From contig JAUCBJ010002639.1 of assembly GCA_032718475.1 (NCBI GenBank), positions 1-64,000 of the forward strand: 64,000 nucleotides of DNA. Direction: 5' to 3'. The translations under genes and the position numbers were made by a program. This DNA is from Nemertoderma westbladi. Taxonomy: Eukaryota; Animalia; Xenacoelomorpha. This document shows, in pieces, positions 23,904-35,954 of the stretch. The notes beneath the pieces are model-generated. The model ran no database searches and was not told the DNA's origin. It was given only the letters and a program-made list of their open reading frames with translations. The first letter of the stretch is position 1. Each line of letters begins with the position of its first letter.

Positions 23904-24966
23904 TTCTTTACACTACCGTGTGGCTCTATAGCTAGTAAATAATAATCTCGATCATTCATGTAAGTTAAACTTACTTCCTTACAAGAATTAGAAAATAAAT
24001 TTAAAATTCTACTGAATTTTTATTCATTGTTAATAATATGATCTAGTTTCAATTTTCCCGCACTTTTTGAAAGAACTCCCAGACTGCGTAGGAACAGGGT
24101 CGGATTTCTTATTCGTGACAGATTTATTATATTCCAAAAAGATACGTAGATATACATTTATTGTTGAGACCCTTTAATATCGAGGTATCTGTAAACTACA
24201 CCAACAGACCAAAGTCTGACAAGGGGGCCAATAGAGTGTGAGTGTCTGTATGGGGGGGGGGGGGGGGGGGTGGCCTACGCGAAATATCACTGTATTGGAG
24301 GCCATTGTCTACGTACTTAGTTATTCTTATAGATTCTAGAATACTGTACCAATTAAGAATGTAGAAAAGCTTGACAATTCTATTTATTATATTTCTAGTA
24401 AAGCGCGCTACAAAACTATTGACTGTTACGTGTTCGCTGGGAATTTAAGTAAAATACGGGTTTGAAACGGAAGAGCACAACGAATGCACTGAGAAGGGCG
24501 GACGAGTTCCATGTCTGTCTGTCTATTATATCCAGAACCTCAGAAAATAAAAACAAAGATTTATTGTCGGTTTGTCAACCCGATTTAAGTGAAGGGCGCA
24601 TAAAAAAAGGTAAACCATATGAAACCAGTAAACAATTTACAGGCGAAAGACCGTCAACGTAGTTCAATTGGTTGGAATTTAGTTTTTCTTTTGTAACAAA
24701 ACATTAACTAATCGGCCAATATCATTATCTATCGCTAAAAGGTTCTACACTATCACCACTTCCAAATTTATTCGCTAGGGGCGCGACATGAGACTCTCGT
24801 ATCAATAAATATAAACTTATTAATAAATAATGGGGGGGGGGGGGGGGGGGTCACAGCTCGAGCGCCCCTACGACGTAGCGCTGGGGTATGACGGACACAG
24901 CGTCACCCTGGGACAGATGGGGGGGGGGGGGGGTCTGTCTGTCACCCCGGACGCCCTCTCTACCAA

Positions 24967-27338
24967 CTACGACTTCCCGAGATGGCTGGGCGCGTCCGCG
25001 AACATAAACTTCAACCGATACGCGTCGGCGACCAGCATATCTATCTCCTCGTGGTCCCAGTCGTCCGTCGGCAGGTTCTGCAGCATCGTCATCAACGACT
25101 GGAAGTCCTGCTGCCTTAGCAACTCGTCGGACCAGTGGACCAGGAAGGCGGCGCAGGTGTAGAGATGGAAGGTGGCGAACCCGTCCGGCTCCGACTGGTA
25201 GGTGTCCCAGAGTCGCACGGCGCAGCGCAGCGGAATCTCTCGCATCAGCAGGTTGTGCATCCAGCGGAACGCGAACTGGAGGTACTCGATGCTGTGCGCC
25301 TCCAAGTGGTTGTGCAGCGCGATGTCTATCCGTTTAATGAGTTCCCTTAGGGCCCGCACCTTGGTCTGGACGCCGGGTTGCGCGAACGTGTAGTTGTCCT
25401 GGATACCGTCTAGGAGTTTGGAGACGCACCAGTAGGTGTCGGCCTCGATGGCTCGGAGTTGGGTCGGGTTCACCGACGACAGAACCTCCGGGCCGCTGCC
25501 CACAAAGTCGACGCCTTCGACAACCTGCCGGGGGAAATATATGGGCCCAGTAAAGAAAACAACAGGATTACTAAATATTAACGGCTATATACGGAATCTA
25601 TCAATATAGTTCTGTCTATCTATATAGTTTGCTGTAGTTACTATGACTTTTCGTTGCATGATAGTCGTATTTGGAGACAGATGGAGAAACTGGACGTAAA
25701 TCCCATCTTGGCGAATTAATATCCGCCTCAATGTTAAACTCTCAATTTCGGGAAAGGAGCAGGTTACAGTGGCACGTTATTATAACCTAAACAATAAACT
25801 AAACACAATAGAACAGGTTGCAGTTTTATTTTTTATAGTAATCAGCAGTTTGCTCCGATTTTCCCCTGGAAAGGGTTGAATTTTGATTGCGTCGCCAAGT
25901 CCCCCCCCGGGTTTTGATAACCGCAGGATCTGGTGAAGTTATGAAATATGGTTGCGGTTTTGGTAATTCCACATTAAAAAAATGTCAACACCATTTATAA
26001 TACAATTGTTTTTAGTTCTGAAAGAACTAGCAAATACACTGAACACTCAGACAGAATTATAAAACTTCGGAAAATCATAAATAATTATTTATTGTGACAA
26101 AGAATGCCTCGTTCCGTTCCGTTTCATATTGTTTTAACGAATAACATTCAAGGTTGCCAATCTACTTCAGTTTCAATTTCCCCCGATTTGTTCATTTTTA
26201 CTAGAATTCCCTGACATTTCAAGAAATAATGATAGGCTGAAACGTACGTATAGCGCTGGTTCAACCCCCGGTGACGCGCTTTCTTATTTTTTTCCATTTT
26301 TGAACAAAACCATAATATTATACCTTTAATTAAGTTGCATTAACAGCTCAACTCCAATTCATTTATAATTACTAAATACCGCTAGGTATTTCTATTTACT
26401 AACAGTCAACTCACCTCGCCAAGGAAGACGACAAAGAAGGGCGTAACGAGGTCATTGAGTCCCTGTACGTAACCAGAGGCTGGGTGTCTGGTGGCCCAGA
26501 CGTAGAGAACCCGTTCGTACAACTCCTGGACCTCGCGAACCTGGAACAACGGCATCAGCGGGTTCGTCCGCGGTATGTCGATGTGGATCTGTCGGTAGGT
26601 CTCCTCGTTGAACTCGGGGCCGCCCTGCCGGAAGTGCTGCCCGACGAACCGGAAGTATTCCTCGCGTTTACGGGAGAGAGTCGACGCCTGTTGGTCCTTG
26701 CGAGGGGGCAAGTAGACGGAGAGTAGGCGCCAGAGTAACGGGCGGAAATGATCCGGGATTCCGGACCAGCAGAGTCGTCGGACTTCCGAGAGGTCGATAA
26801 CGGATTGGTCGAGCAGCGCGGAGAGTTTGCGAGTTCGGAGAGCGAGTTTACTGCGGTGGTTCGCGTTGGGGGGCCGCGGCGAGGGGGCCGAAGGGGGGCG
26901 CTGCGGGGGCAGGGGGTTAGCGAAGGGGGACGACGGGGGGGATATCTCGACGGGGGAAGGTAAGGAGGGGGCGGGGGGAGGGGGGACGAGGCCCGATAGT
27001 CTACGGTGCTCCTCTAGTACCCGGGAGGAAGCGAGCGCGGAATGGCGGGTTGAGATGCTCCCGACGAACGTATCGTCTTCGTCGTCCAGGCCCCACGCGT
27101 CCGAGGTTTCGCGTTCGAACTCTTGGAATGTCCGACTGAGTTTGTTGGCGGCTTCCGGGTTAGGTTGGTGGTTCGGGGGGACTCTGGAAGGGGGCGACTT
27201 CCCGTGGCGGTCCCCAGGTTGAGACGCACTCGCAGGGGGGTACTGGGCTCCGTATACCGGCCGAATATTCCCCGGTAATTTGGAACCGGATTTCTTCCAA
27301 AATCCCCCCGAAGATACATCGAATGTGTTGCGCGACAT
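24967..27338 (-). CDS. TBC1D22: TBC1 domain family member 22 (Gyp1-like RabGAP), exons 27338..26415 and 25524..24967, about 493 aa
   Basis: IHIDIPRT Arg finger, SGYVQGLND Gln finger, EADTYWC..LLDGIQDNYTFAQPG, YLQFAFRWM, LWDTY. Phase-0 intron GAG|GTGAGT...GGCAG|GTT. Confidence 0.95.
25668..25915. mobile_element. MITE copy 2 (in TBC1D22 intron)
   Basis: High identity to 17477..17755 (ggaaaggagcaggttacagtggcacgttatt). Confidence 0.7.
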
Positions 27339-28429
27339 GAAACTCGGAGGAAACGCGGATAGTTTATCCGACTATAATCCTAGCTCATGAGTCCCGAGCT
27401 CTCTCAATCTATGACTTCAGTATATGGCTGTAGGGTGCGCAGTGCAGCAGTGCGGTGGGGTCCCGAGCCCGACAGCCCGACTAGGCCTACCGGCACCTGT
27501 CAGCCTGTTGGAGCTAAGTGTCTGTCTGTCTGTAGTCGGTATTCAGGTATTTGCGGTATTCTTCGTCGATTTCGGTTTGCTTTTGGTAGCGGTACAGGTG
27601 CAGGTAATACCTGATACCAGAATACTGTACAGCTGTAACTGTGAACTGTAATAAGCTGCTGTAAGACAGTAAGAGGCCATTCAAAAGTGAATGTCAGAAT
27701 GTAGGTACCGGTACGGTACTGTAAACGTACTGACAGATTGACGTAAGCCTACTAGACATTTTAAATTGTTCAGGGTTAAGAGAAAGCTAAATGCTTATAG
27801 AACCCATACGCCGTACACATCATAAATTATTACTGAATTAATCAATAAAGTAAATGGCGAAACTGAAAGTAAATAATAATACCGGTATGTATACGTATGT
27901 ATGTATAAAAATATAAGGGCTGAAGGGTACTCTGGAGTCAGTATCGTCGCCTACGCCAGGGTAGGAATTTCTTCCAAAAATCCCTGTAACAAAGTATTGT
28001 TGTGTGAAAATGTCCCGCTCCCAACTAATGAAGAAATGTTACCATTAATTAATTAATGTACGTGTTAACCATATTAGCACTGGGGTGTTTAAACCATTAG
28101 CAGTACTGGCGGAGGCCGATTCGCCCCCACTGCATTTTAGTAATCCTCCAACGAATTCCTTCGAAATTTGGACTGTAGGTGAAAAAATTATCGATGAACA
28201 CTTCCTAACCTTAAAAAAATAAAATTTGATATGTTGTCCCAGGACCAAATGTAAAGTTGTTGTTATTTTAAAAACTAATATTTTAACTTTATATTACGAT
28301 TATATTCAATTCCTAAAATTAAGCGGTTTTATACTTTTTTTCGGGCATCTAAGAACTTCAAATTTAGAATAATATGAGATACGTCAAATACCACCATGTT
28401 ATGATTTCAGTCCATTTTTATTTCTATTT

Positions 28430-28878
28430 CCCAAACTGAAAGTTTCGGTTTTGAAACATCAGTATATCGTAAGCCGATTAGTACAGGCTTATATACAAAC
28501 TATCATAGTTTTATTCCTTTCCAATATAAATTCGGTTTATTATTAGGTAACCCTTATTTCTAGAATATTTAGAATATCGTCTAGTTATATTCTGTTTTCT
28601 AAAGAAGTACATACTCTTAGAGATACCTTACATAAGAATGGCTATCCATTGCAGCTTATTGATAGTGCTTTAAGAACCTTTCTTTCTAGAATATTCAAAC
28701 CTCCTGATATTAATATTTCTACGAATAGTTCAGAAAAGCGTACGATAAACCTTATTTTACCTTTTACTGGTTCACACGGTTTTATAGTTAAAGCGAGATT
28801 AATTAAACTTTTCCGATCTGCCTTTCCTTGTAATATACTGTACTGTAGTACTGAAAGTTATTTTCAAGCCTTCCTATC
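28430..28878 (+). pseudogene. Penelope-like retroelement relic (RT thumb region), target of the Polinton insertion
   Basis: FETSVYRKPISTGLYTNYHSFIPFQYKFGLL..L.KNGYP..LPFTG..LKVIFKPSY with frameshifts; stops abruptly at 28878. Confidence 0.8.
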
Positions 28879-29481
28879 AGTAGTAGAAGAATAGGTGACC
28901 CCGACGAAGTCCTCCCTAGCTTGGGCTATGGGGCTACCACTCGGAGGACTATTAAAAATGCCAAATTCCGATGCTAAATTTCGGCGTTTAATTGGCCACA
29001 TCTGCCACCATCATCGGTAGTTACCATCAACCAATCGTAGCGTATTCACCTACGCGTAGCCTAACCTCGCGTTGCCCGCCTTACTCGATGGCAGCTGTTA
29101 CCTACCTACCAATCGATAGTATTGATTCGTATCATTGCTGCAACAACCATCCATTGCATATTCATCTTCGCGTAGCCTAACTTCTCGACGCATGGCTAGC
29201 CCCCAACCCACCAACCAACCAACAGCGATTATTCCCCTTTTCGCCACGCTACCACCTCCACATACTGTATATGGTGACTAAAACGATAACGTGGCCATCT
29301 ACACGATGCATATACCAAGTCGTTATATTACAGTATATTATATCGATTGCCAACTCAACGATTTACGTCCCTCTGTTGATAGAGCTACTCAACTGCTGTC
29401 ACCAAACAAACAAACCAACCACTCAGTATGATACATGTGCATGAAATTCCGCCACGTTCCAGCTACACGTATACGAACATT
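28879..29481 (+). repeat. Left terminal inverted repeat of the Polinton (~600 bp inferred)
   Basis: Begins with (AGT)n at the Penelope break. Its inner ~49 bp match the surviving right TIR remnant. Confidence 0.75.
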
Positions 29482-30107
29482 TCCAAGTAGTTACTCAAGC
29501 TAACCGATCCCGCAGCATCTGTGCCATATTGAAAGGCTACTACTACTACTAACATTATACAGCGCGTTTTTATAATAATTATTGATTATTATTACACACA
29601 ACCCTATGATTCATATTCTTTCACATATTTCCTATCCACGTAACCAACCAACCATTCAACCACGTTGCACCCCATCTCTTTTCTTATTCGTCGATGATTA
29701 TGACACGTCTCATCTCTTCTTCGTTGACTATGCCCCATCACAAATTTATATATAACTGAATGTTTTTAATAAAATTCATCACTTGTAATCTTCATGGTAA
29801 TATATTGATACCATATCTAATTTTTTTGTTCTCACTCTGACATTGTGTTATTTCCTTAATAATTTATACATTATCTTACTTGTTGTATATTCGTTGGTTG
29901 GAAAACGACACCTCATAAAATGATACTGATTCCAGCATTGGGTATCGACTCAAAAACAAAAATCGAGTGAGACAGTATCATTTTATGAGGCGTTGTCTTC
30001 CGACCAAACACAATTTTAGAGTGAGAACTATGGTGTCAATTTATTACAGCGATACGGTTTAACATTTATCACTTGTAATATTTTTCGTATTTATTATTAT
30101 TATTATT

Positions 30108-31172
30108 ATGGCCTTAACGCAAAAAACCGGAGCAACAAATAGCGGGAAATTTACTTACAATAAATATACTTGTACCGTCATTCACAGCCAGTATTTTATT
30201 GTGGAATCTCAGGAGGACAACGAATCAATTTGTTTTTCCCATCAAGATACCCGCTATTTGTTAGACATTCTAGAAACAACCAACAACAACCAACATCAAT
30301 CCAGACCAGCAATTATACCAGGTAGGATATATCCAACTCTTCGTTTTGCGCGGGGAAATTTGAATATTTCCATCAACCCCACATCGGGTGATGTTTACGT
30401 TCAGAAACAAGGCAAATGTAAAGTTCTTAACAAAGCTTTTACTGAAGTTCTAATTCAATACAGAGGGAAATTATTGCAATTTCTCTCTCCACCGCTAGAG
30501 ATTATTAGCGATCAATTCTACATTGAATTATCAAATCCAGATTTTATTGGATTTGTAACAGCTTTTAAAGGAACCAACTATGTTGGCTTATGGAAAATCA
30601 GCCTCAGATACGCTGATAGTGTTGGTTTTAACTATTATACAGGTTTCAATTTGTCAAAACAGGAACTAACTGTTTTGTTGCGAGAGTGGGACAACCAAGT
30701 CGATGAAACAGACAAGCATCTTTTTGATAAAAATATCATTCAATTATCAGACCGTCTCAAAATGATTAAAACCAATAATAAAAAAATTATTATCACCAAC
30801 ACTGATAATTCTACTGAAGTAGGAGCCGGCGGAAATTCTATCGAGTTGCATTACTTGAATGATAAAGCCCATATTAGTTTTCTCAAAGAATCGCTGGATG
30901 GCGTCTCTCTTACTGAAGCCCATGTTGACGGTTTTGTCCTTTTGGATAAAACTAAAGCTTTCGTAGAGATCCCATCACCTAATCCGGATGTTGAAGAGAG
31001 TTGCTCTCAACCGCAACAGATCTTTCCTGAAATATTACCTCGGAAGCCAAGATCATCGAGTAAATTTACCAACACATCACCTGCAAAGAAACAGAAAGTT
31101 GTCAGTAACCCAGCTCTAGTAGAGTCTGTTACTAATTCTCCATGGAAACCTGATTATTATCCTAATATGTAA
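30108..31172 (+). CDS. Polinton protein with PC4/Sub1-like ssDNA-binding domain
   Basis: FVTAFKGTNYVGLWKI...GFNLSKQELTVL resembles PC4 YVSVRDFKGKVLIDIR...KGISLNPEQWSQL. C-terminal NLS-like PAKKQK. Confidence 0.55.
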   Translation: MALTQKTGATNSGKFTYNKYTCTVIHSQYFIVESQEDNESICFSHQDTRYLLDILETTNNNQHQSRPAIIPGRIYPTLRFARGNLNISINPTSGDVYVQKQGKCKVLNKAFTEVLIQYRGKLLQFLSPPLEIISDQFYIELSNPDFIGFVTAFKGTNYVGLWKISLRYADSVGFNYYTGFNLSKQELTVLLREWDNQVDETDKHLFDKNIIQLSDRLKMIKTNNKKIIITNTDNSTEVGAGGNSIELHYLNDKAHISFLKESLDGVSLTEAHVDGFVLLDKTKAFVEIPSPNPDVEESCSQPQQIFPEILPRKPRSSSKFTNTSPAKKQKVVSNPALVESVTNSPWKPDYYPNM

Positions 31173-31366
31173 ACCTAATCATAAGTTAAACTCTTTGTGG
31201 TTTCTAATAGTCATAAGCGATTGGTGATTGGTTTAAAATTATTTCCCTCACTAGCATATAAATGTTTAGATATAGTCAATAACATTTCATTTCATTTCAT
31301 TTTAATCTTTGGATATATTTTATTATTATTATTATTATTTATCTAAACAAACTAACAAACTTCAAC

Positions 31367-34300
31367 ATGGATAAAATAACAATATGTTGTCCATTCTGTC
31401 ATATGAATGTAACTAAACATAATTACTTACGCCACCTACGGTCACATTTTGAAAGTTATTCTTGTTTTAAGTGTCATGTTGTGACATCATGCAGCGAAAT
31501 TTGTAAACGACATGAATCGACTACTGGTTGTAAAGAAATGGAGTTCCGCACCTATCAATTGACTTGTACTACCTGTAATAAAGAGTATACATATGAGAAT
31601 TATATACGACACGACTGTCACTTGAAATGTTACTACACAAGAAAGCGTAAATTTTCGCAACATAAAAATATAATATCCAGAAAAAACTTAAGGGTGGCTC
31701 TTGGTACATGCGCAACAATTTTTACGCGGGAACAAGAAGCTCACAATAATCGTCTTGAAATTTATGTCCACGACCTCCCAACTTCTAGAGATTATCCTGA
31801 TGTAGAAACAGCATTAACACAAATTCGAGGTAATATTCTTCAGTTAATATTAGACAGATTGAAAGAAATGAATGTTCTTAGACTGTGGTTAGGTCTAAAT
31901 GTATTAATGTACAGGTCACATTTTTCAGAAGGTGAGCAATTGGAAACCTTTTATTTTAATTCTTCCGGTGGTGCTATTAATACTGTAGATTCGCCGCAAA
32001 GTTTTGACACATGGTTTGAGTATGTGCTGGGAAATATATTACAAAAAATAGCCATCTTTAACACACGTGGTTCGGGATGGCGTATTAAATCTTTATTAAG
32101 GGTTGAAATTAAATTAGCTGAATCTAAGTGTAAGTCGTTACTATATAAGGGGCATGGATATATGGAATTACCTAAGGCTCTATCAGGTAAACAGTGTGTT
32201 ATAAATGTACAATCGGCTGATAATGACTGTTTTAAATGGGCAATTATATCCGCAAAATTTGGTAGCAAAGTGAAAAGCAATAAAAACCGTACTTCATTGT
32301 ACAAAAATTATATGAGTCATTTCATTTTTGACAACGGGAACAAAGATTATCCAACAGAGTGGCTGTTAGCGATTAAACTTTTTGAAAAACAAAATTCAAA
32401 ATATATAATTAATTTACTATGTTGGAATAACGACAACAAACGCGCCCCCGTATCTATATTAAGACAACCACCGTTTAGTAAAATTACACCCGATAAAGAG
32501 TTATTAAATATATTACTTGTAGTAAAAAATAACAATGTACCTAAACCGAATCATTATGTTTGCATAACTAACTTGAATCGATTGCTGAATACGAGAGCTC
32601 TTCATATCGGGAATAGGAAATATTGTGAAAGGTGTTTGGCTCATTTTTTTCAATCGGAAGTTCTCCAACGACACCGTCTTGCATGCTACCAAGGAAGAAG
32701 TCAACGAGAGAAACTACCTAATAAAAAAAGAACACACATTAGTTTTACAAATTTAGATAGAACCTTATCCCCATTGTTTGTCACCTACTTTGATATAGAA
32801 TGTATCTTACAACCTTCAGTTAATAATCAATTTATACAGGAGCATATACCGTGTGCTGCGAGTTATTTAATTGTTCCCAATACTGAATTAATTAACCCCC
32901 CAAAATGTCATTTGAAAAAATTCGTAAAGTCAAATAATAATAATAATTGTATTCAAGATTTCTTAGATTCATTATATTTTGATTTAACTGAATTATGTTG
33001 TTGGTCAGACATATACACTCATAAAACTATGTCATTTACTAATATTGATTTTGTAAATTTTGAACAGGCAAAATTTTGTTTCTATTGTAATGTTACTTTA
33101 AATAATAATGTTGGGAAAAACAGACATCATTCACATATTACAGGTAAATATATTGCAGCAGCCTGTAATAGTTGTAACCGAAGTTTATCATTGAAACGAT
33201 ACCTGTATGTACTTTGCGGGCACAATTCCAGTAATTACGATATACATTGTATATTACAAACCGGATTTAGAGATAAGAAATACTCCGATTGGGATATAAA
33301 GGTTATACCGAGAAATACAGAACGATATATTTCACTGAGTGCGTTTATCCCCATTAAAAACACTTCTAAAAAAATTGAGTTACGTTTCTTAGACACATAT
33401 CAATTTTTAAGCTTTTCCCTAAGTAATTTAGTTGAGTGTTCAACAAAGGATGTAGCGAGTCATGATATAAGCTCAATTTTACCTATTACTCTACAAGAAA
33501 TGAAATATTTTTATCCAAACTTGAATAACTCAACAATTAAACGGAAAGGAGTATTTCCATACGAGTACTTGACAGATATTAATAAATTTAATGATACTGG
33601 TTTGCCATCTATAAATAATTTTTTTAGTAACTTAACACAAAAAACATGTACAATTGAAGATTATAGGTTTGCAGGATTATCATGGGTAGAATTCGACTGT
33701 GTGAATCTCAAAGTTTATCTTTTAGCCTATTTAAAACTCGATGTTTGTTTGCTTGCTGATATATTTGAGAATTTTAGGAATGTTTGTAAACAAAATTACG
33801 ATTTAGAAGTGGTTTTTTACTGTAGTATTGCGTCATTTACCTATGATTGCGCGCTAAAATATAATAAATGTAAAATAGAATTAATAAAGGATTATCAAAC
33901 ATATAGAGATTTTGAAAAATCAATTAGGGGTGGTGTTTCATTTTGTCGAAAGCATTATATAGAATCAAATATACCTGGAACAAGTACATATGATTCTACT
34001 AAGGAAGAATGCCATATTTTTAATATTGATTTCAACTCTTTATATTCTGGGAATTTAAGTAAAAAACTACCCACCTCGCAATTCAAAGAAGTAAGTATTA
34101 AACATTTAGAGAATGCAATTCCAGAAAAACTAATCGAGTATTTGGTAGATTTAGACATTGATGGATCTACTGGATATTTTTTAATATGTGATTTAAATTA
34201 TCCCAAGGCTATTCACGATCAAACATTACAATTACCGTTAGCCCCTGAGCATTTAAGTATAAATGAAACAATGCTTTCGCCCTATATGCGGGAACAATTT

Positions 34301-35428
34301 AATAATTTATCGATACAAAGAGGTACCTCCCGTAAATATAGGATGTCTACACCAAAACTCTTGCTGACGCAATTTGATAAAGAGTTTTATCATTTACATT
34401 TAAAACTGTTAAAATTTTATATAAAACATGGATTAATTGTTACTAAGCTCCATAAATTATATTCTTTTCAACAAGAATTTGTATTTAAAAATTACATAGA
34501 TTTTAATATTAATCAAAGGCGCCTAGCAAAAAGTTACATTGAAACTGCTGTCGCGAAATTGCTCAATAATTCACTGTTTGGCAAATCAATAGAAAAGATA
34601 AGAGATCGATGTAACTTTCGTATCGCAAATAGCAACGATAAATGCGATCAATTGGTAAATCGTATTAATCATAAACAATTTATAATATACAATAATACAT
34701 TATCGGGACATTTATTAGTGAAAGACTCTGTAACTCTCGATAAGCCTATATTTATTGGTAGCGCTGTGTTGGACTTGGCTAAATTGGATATGTATGAGCT
34801 GTTTTACAATAAATTGCTACCTATTGAGAAAGAATTAAACTGTCGTATTGAAATTGCCGCATCAGACACTGATTCTTTGATAGGTTGTTATTATAATACA
34901 TCGCAGAATAATTTTTTAAAAGCATTAATTAAAAATAACATTTTAGATACTTCCAATTACCCTAAGGATCACCCTCTCTACAGCGATAAAAATAAATCCC
35001 AACTCTATTACTGTAAAGACGAACTAGCCTCACGTGAAATTAAACAAGCAGTATTTTTAAGACCAAAATTATATTCAATTTTGGAATGGAATAACAAAAA
35101 TATTCGTAGAGCAAAAGGTATTACAAGAGCTGTTGTGGAAACGAATATTACATATGAAGAATATTTAAAAGCCTATAACTCAAATGAAGAAATAAAAAAA
35201 AACATACACAGATTTCAATCTAAATTACATCGTATTTATACCTTAAAGCAAAATAAATTTGCACTCAGTAGCTTTGACGATAAACTTTATTGGGTTAATA
35301 AAAATCATTCGCTTCCTTGGGGGCACTATAAAACAAACCTCAAAAAACCTATAAAAATATCAAATATACCAATTTATGAAGAACCAAAAGACGATGGTAT
35401 TGATGATGAATTATCAAATAGTAAATAA
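31367..35428 (+). CDS. polB: Protein-primed family B DNA polymerase (pPolB) with N-terminal Zn fingers and an endonuclease VII-like insert
   Basis: Exo DIEC, HNSSNYD, YLKLDV; Pol DFNSLY, KLLNNSLFGK, SDTDSL; also GSGW, RKGVFPYEY, CFYC..RHHSHITGKY..ACNSCN. Confidence 0.97.
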   Translation: MDKITICCPFCHMNVTKHNYLRHLRSHFESYSCFKCHVVTSCSEICKRHESTTGCKEMEFRTYQLTCTTCNKEYTYENYIRHDCHLKCYYTRKRKFSQHKNIISRKNLRVALGTCATIFTREQEAHNNRLEIYVHDLPTSRDYPDVETALTQIRGNILQLILDRLKEMNVLRLWLGLNVLMYRSHFSEGEQLETFYFNSSGGAINTVDSPQSFDTWFEYVLGNILQKIAIFNTRGSGWRIKSLLRVEIKLAESKCKSLLYKGHGYMELPKALSGKQCVINVQSADNDCFKWAIISAKFGSKVKSNKNRTSLYKNYMSHFIFDNGNKDYPTEWLLAIKLFEKQNSKYIINLLCWNNDNKRAPVSILRQPPFSKITPDKELLNILLVVKNNNVPKPNHYVCITNLNRLLNTRALHIGNRKYCERCLAHFFQSEVLQRHRLACYQGRSQREKLPNKKRTHISFTNLDRTLSPLFVTYFDIECILQPSVNNQFIQEHIPCAASYLIVPNTELINPPKCHLKKFVKSNNNNNCIQDFLDSLYFDLTELCCWSDIYTHKTMSFTNIDFVNFEQAKFCFYCNVTLNNNVGKNRHHSHITGKYIAAACNSCNRSLSLKRYLYVLCGHNSSNYDIHCILQTGFRDKKYSDWDIKVIPRNTERYISLSAFIPIKNTSKKIELRFLDTYQFLSFSLSNLVECSTKDVASHDISSILPITLQEMKYFYPNLNNSTIKRKGVFPYEYLTDINKFNDTGLPSINNFFSNLTQKTCTIEDYRFAGLSWVEFDCVNLKVYLLAYLKLDVCLLADIFENFRNVCKQNYDLEVVFYCSIASFTYDCALKYNKCKIELIKDYQTYRDFEKSIRGGVSFCRKHYIESNIPGTSTYDSTKEECHIFNIDFNSLYSGNLSKKLPTSQFKEVSIKHLENAIPEKLIEYLVDLDIDGSTGYFLICDLNYPKAIHDQTLQLPLAPEHLSINETMLSPYMREQFNNLSIQRGTSRKYRMSTPKLLLTQFDKEFYHLHLKLLKFYIKHGLIVTKLHKLYSFQQEFVFKNYIDFNINQRRLAKSYIETAVAKLLNNSLFGKSIEKIRDRCNFRIANSNDKCDQLVNRINHKQFIIYNNTLSGHLLVKDSVTLDKPIFIGSAVLDLAKLDMYELFYNKLLPIEKELNCRIEIAASDTDSLIGCYYNTSQNNFLKALIKNNILDTSNYPKDHPLYSDKNKSQLYYCKDELASREIKQAVFLRPKLYSILEWNNKNIRRAKGITRAVVETNITYEEYLKAYNSNEEIKKNIHRFQSKLHRIYTLKQNKFALSSFDDKLYWVNKNHSLPWGHYKTNLKKPIKISNIPIYEEPKDDGIDDELSNSK

Positions 35429-35954
35429 AAATATAAGTTGTCGGCAAGTGTTAGCGATTAAGTTTAAAGAATTAAAAAATCAATTATCTGGTAAACACAT
35501 ACTCAAACCAAATCAGTTTATATATAAGATATTTGGTGCCACATTATTAATATTTAAAAATGGTCGTATTACATTATTAGGCAGTAAGTATAATTTCCAA
35601 AAAGTAAAAAAACATATATTTGAGAAAACTAGTATTAATTTGATTTTAAAATCTGTTAATTTATGTACTTATATTTTTAGTATTAAGTCTGTAGTCTATA
35701 GGTTATTGATAAACAATACAGGGTTTTATGTTGTCTTTGATAATGTGCAACTTCAAGTTATATATGAACCTGAAATATTCAATAACTGTAAAGTCAGAAT
35801 AAATAATAATGTTGTTGTTTGCTGCTTCTACACCGGTAAATGTACATTAATGTGTTCCCCGTTTAAATTTCATATATATTACCCTATATTCAACAAACTG
35901 GTTAATAATTTATTATTGTTTGGTGCGAGGGTTTTTGTTGTAAAATATAATTAG
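35403..35954 (+). CDS. Divergent TATA-binding-protein-like protein (start may be 35376 or 35403/35406)
   Basis: ATLLIFKNGRITLLG ~ TBP TALIFSSGKMVCTG; YEPEIF ~ YEPELF; CFYTGKCTL ~ IFVSGKVVL. About 183 aa, the size of a TBP core. Confidence 0.8.
   Translation: MMNYQIVNKNISCRQVLAIKFKELKNQLSGKHILKPNQFIYKIFGATLLIFKNGRITLLGSKYNFQKVKKHIFEKTSINLILKSVNLCTYIFSIKSVVYRLLINNTGFYVVFDNVQLQVIYEPEIFNNCKVRINNNVVVCCFYTGKCTLMCSPFKFHIYYPIFNKLVNNLLLFGARVFVVKYN

Noticed and set aside
22872-23959. Three long minus-strand ORFs, or a CRISPR-like array
   Set aside because: The ORFs are artefacts of a stop-free 19-bp repeat. There are no unique spacers or cas genes, and the context is eukaryotic.
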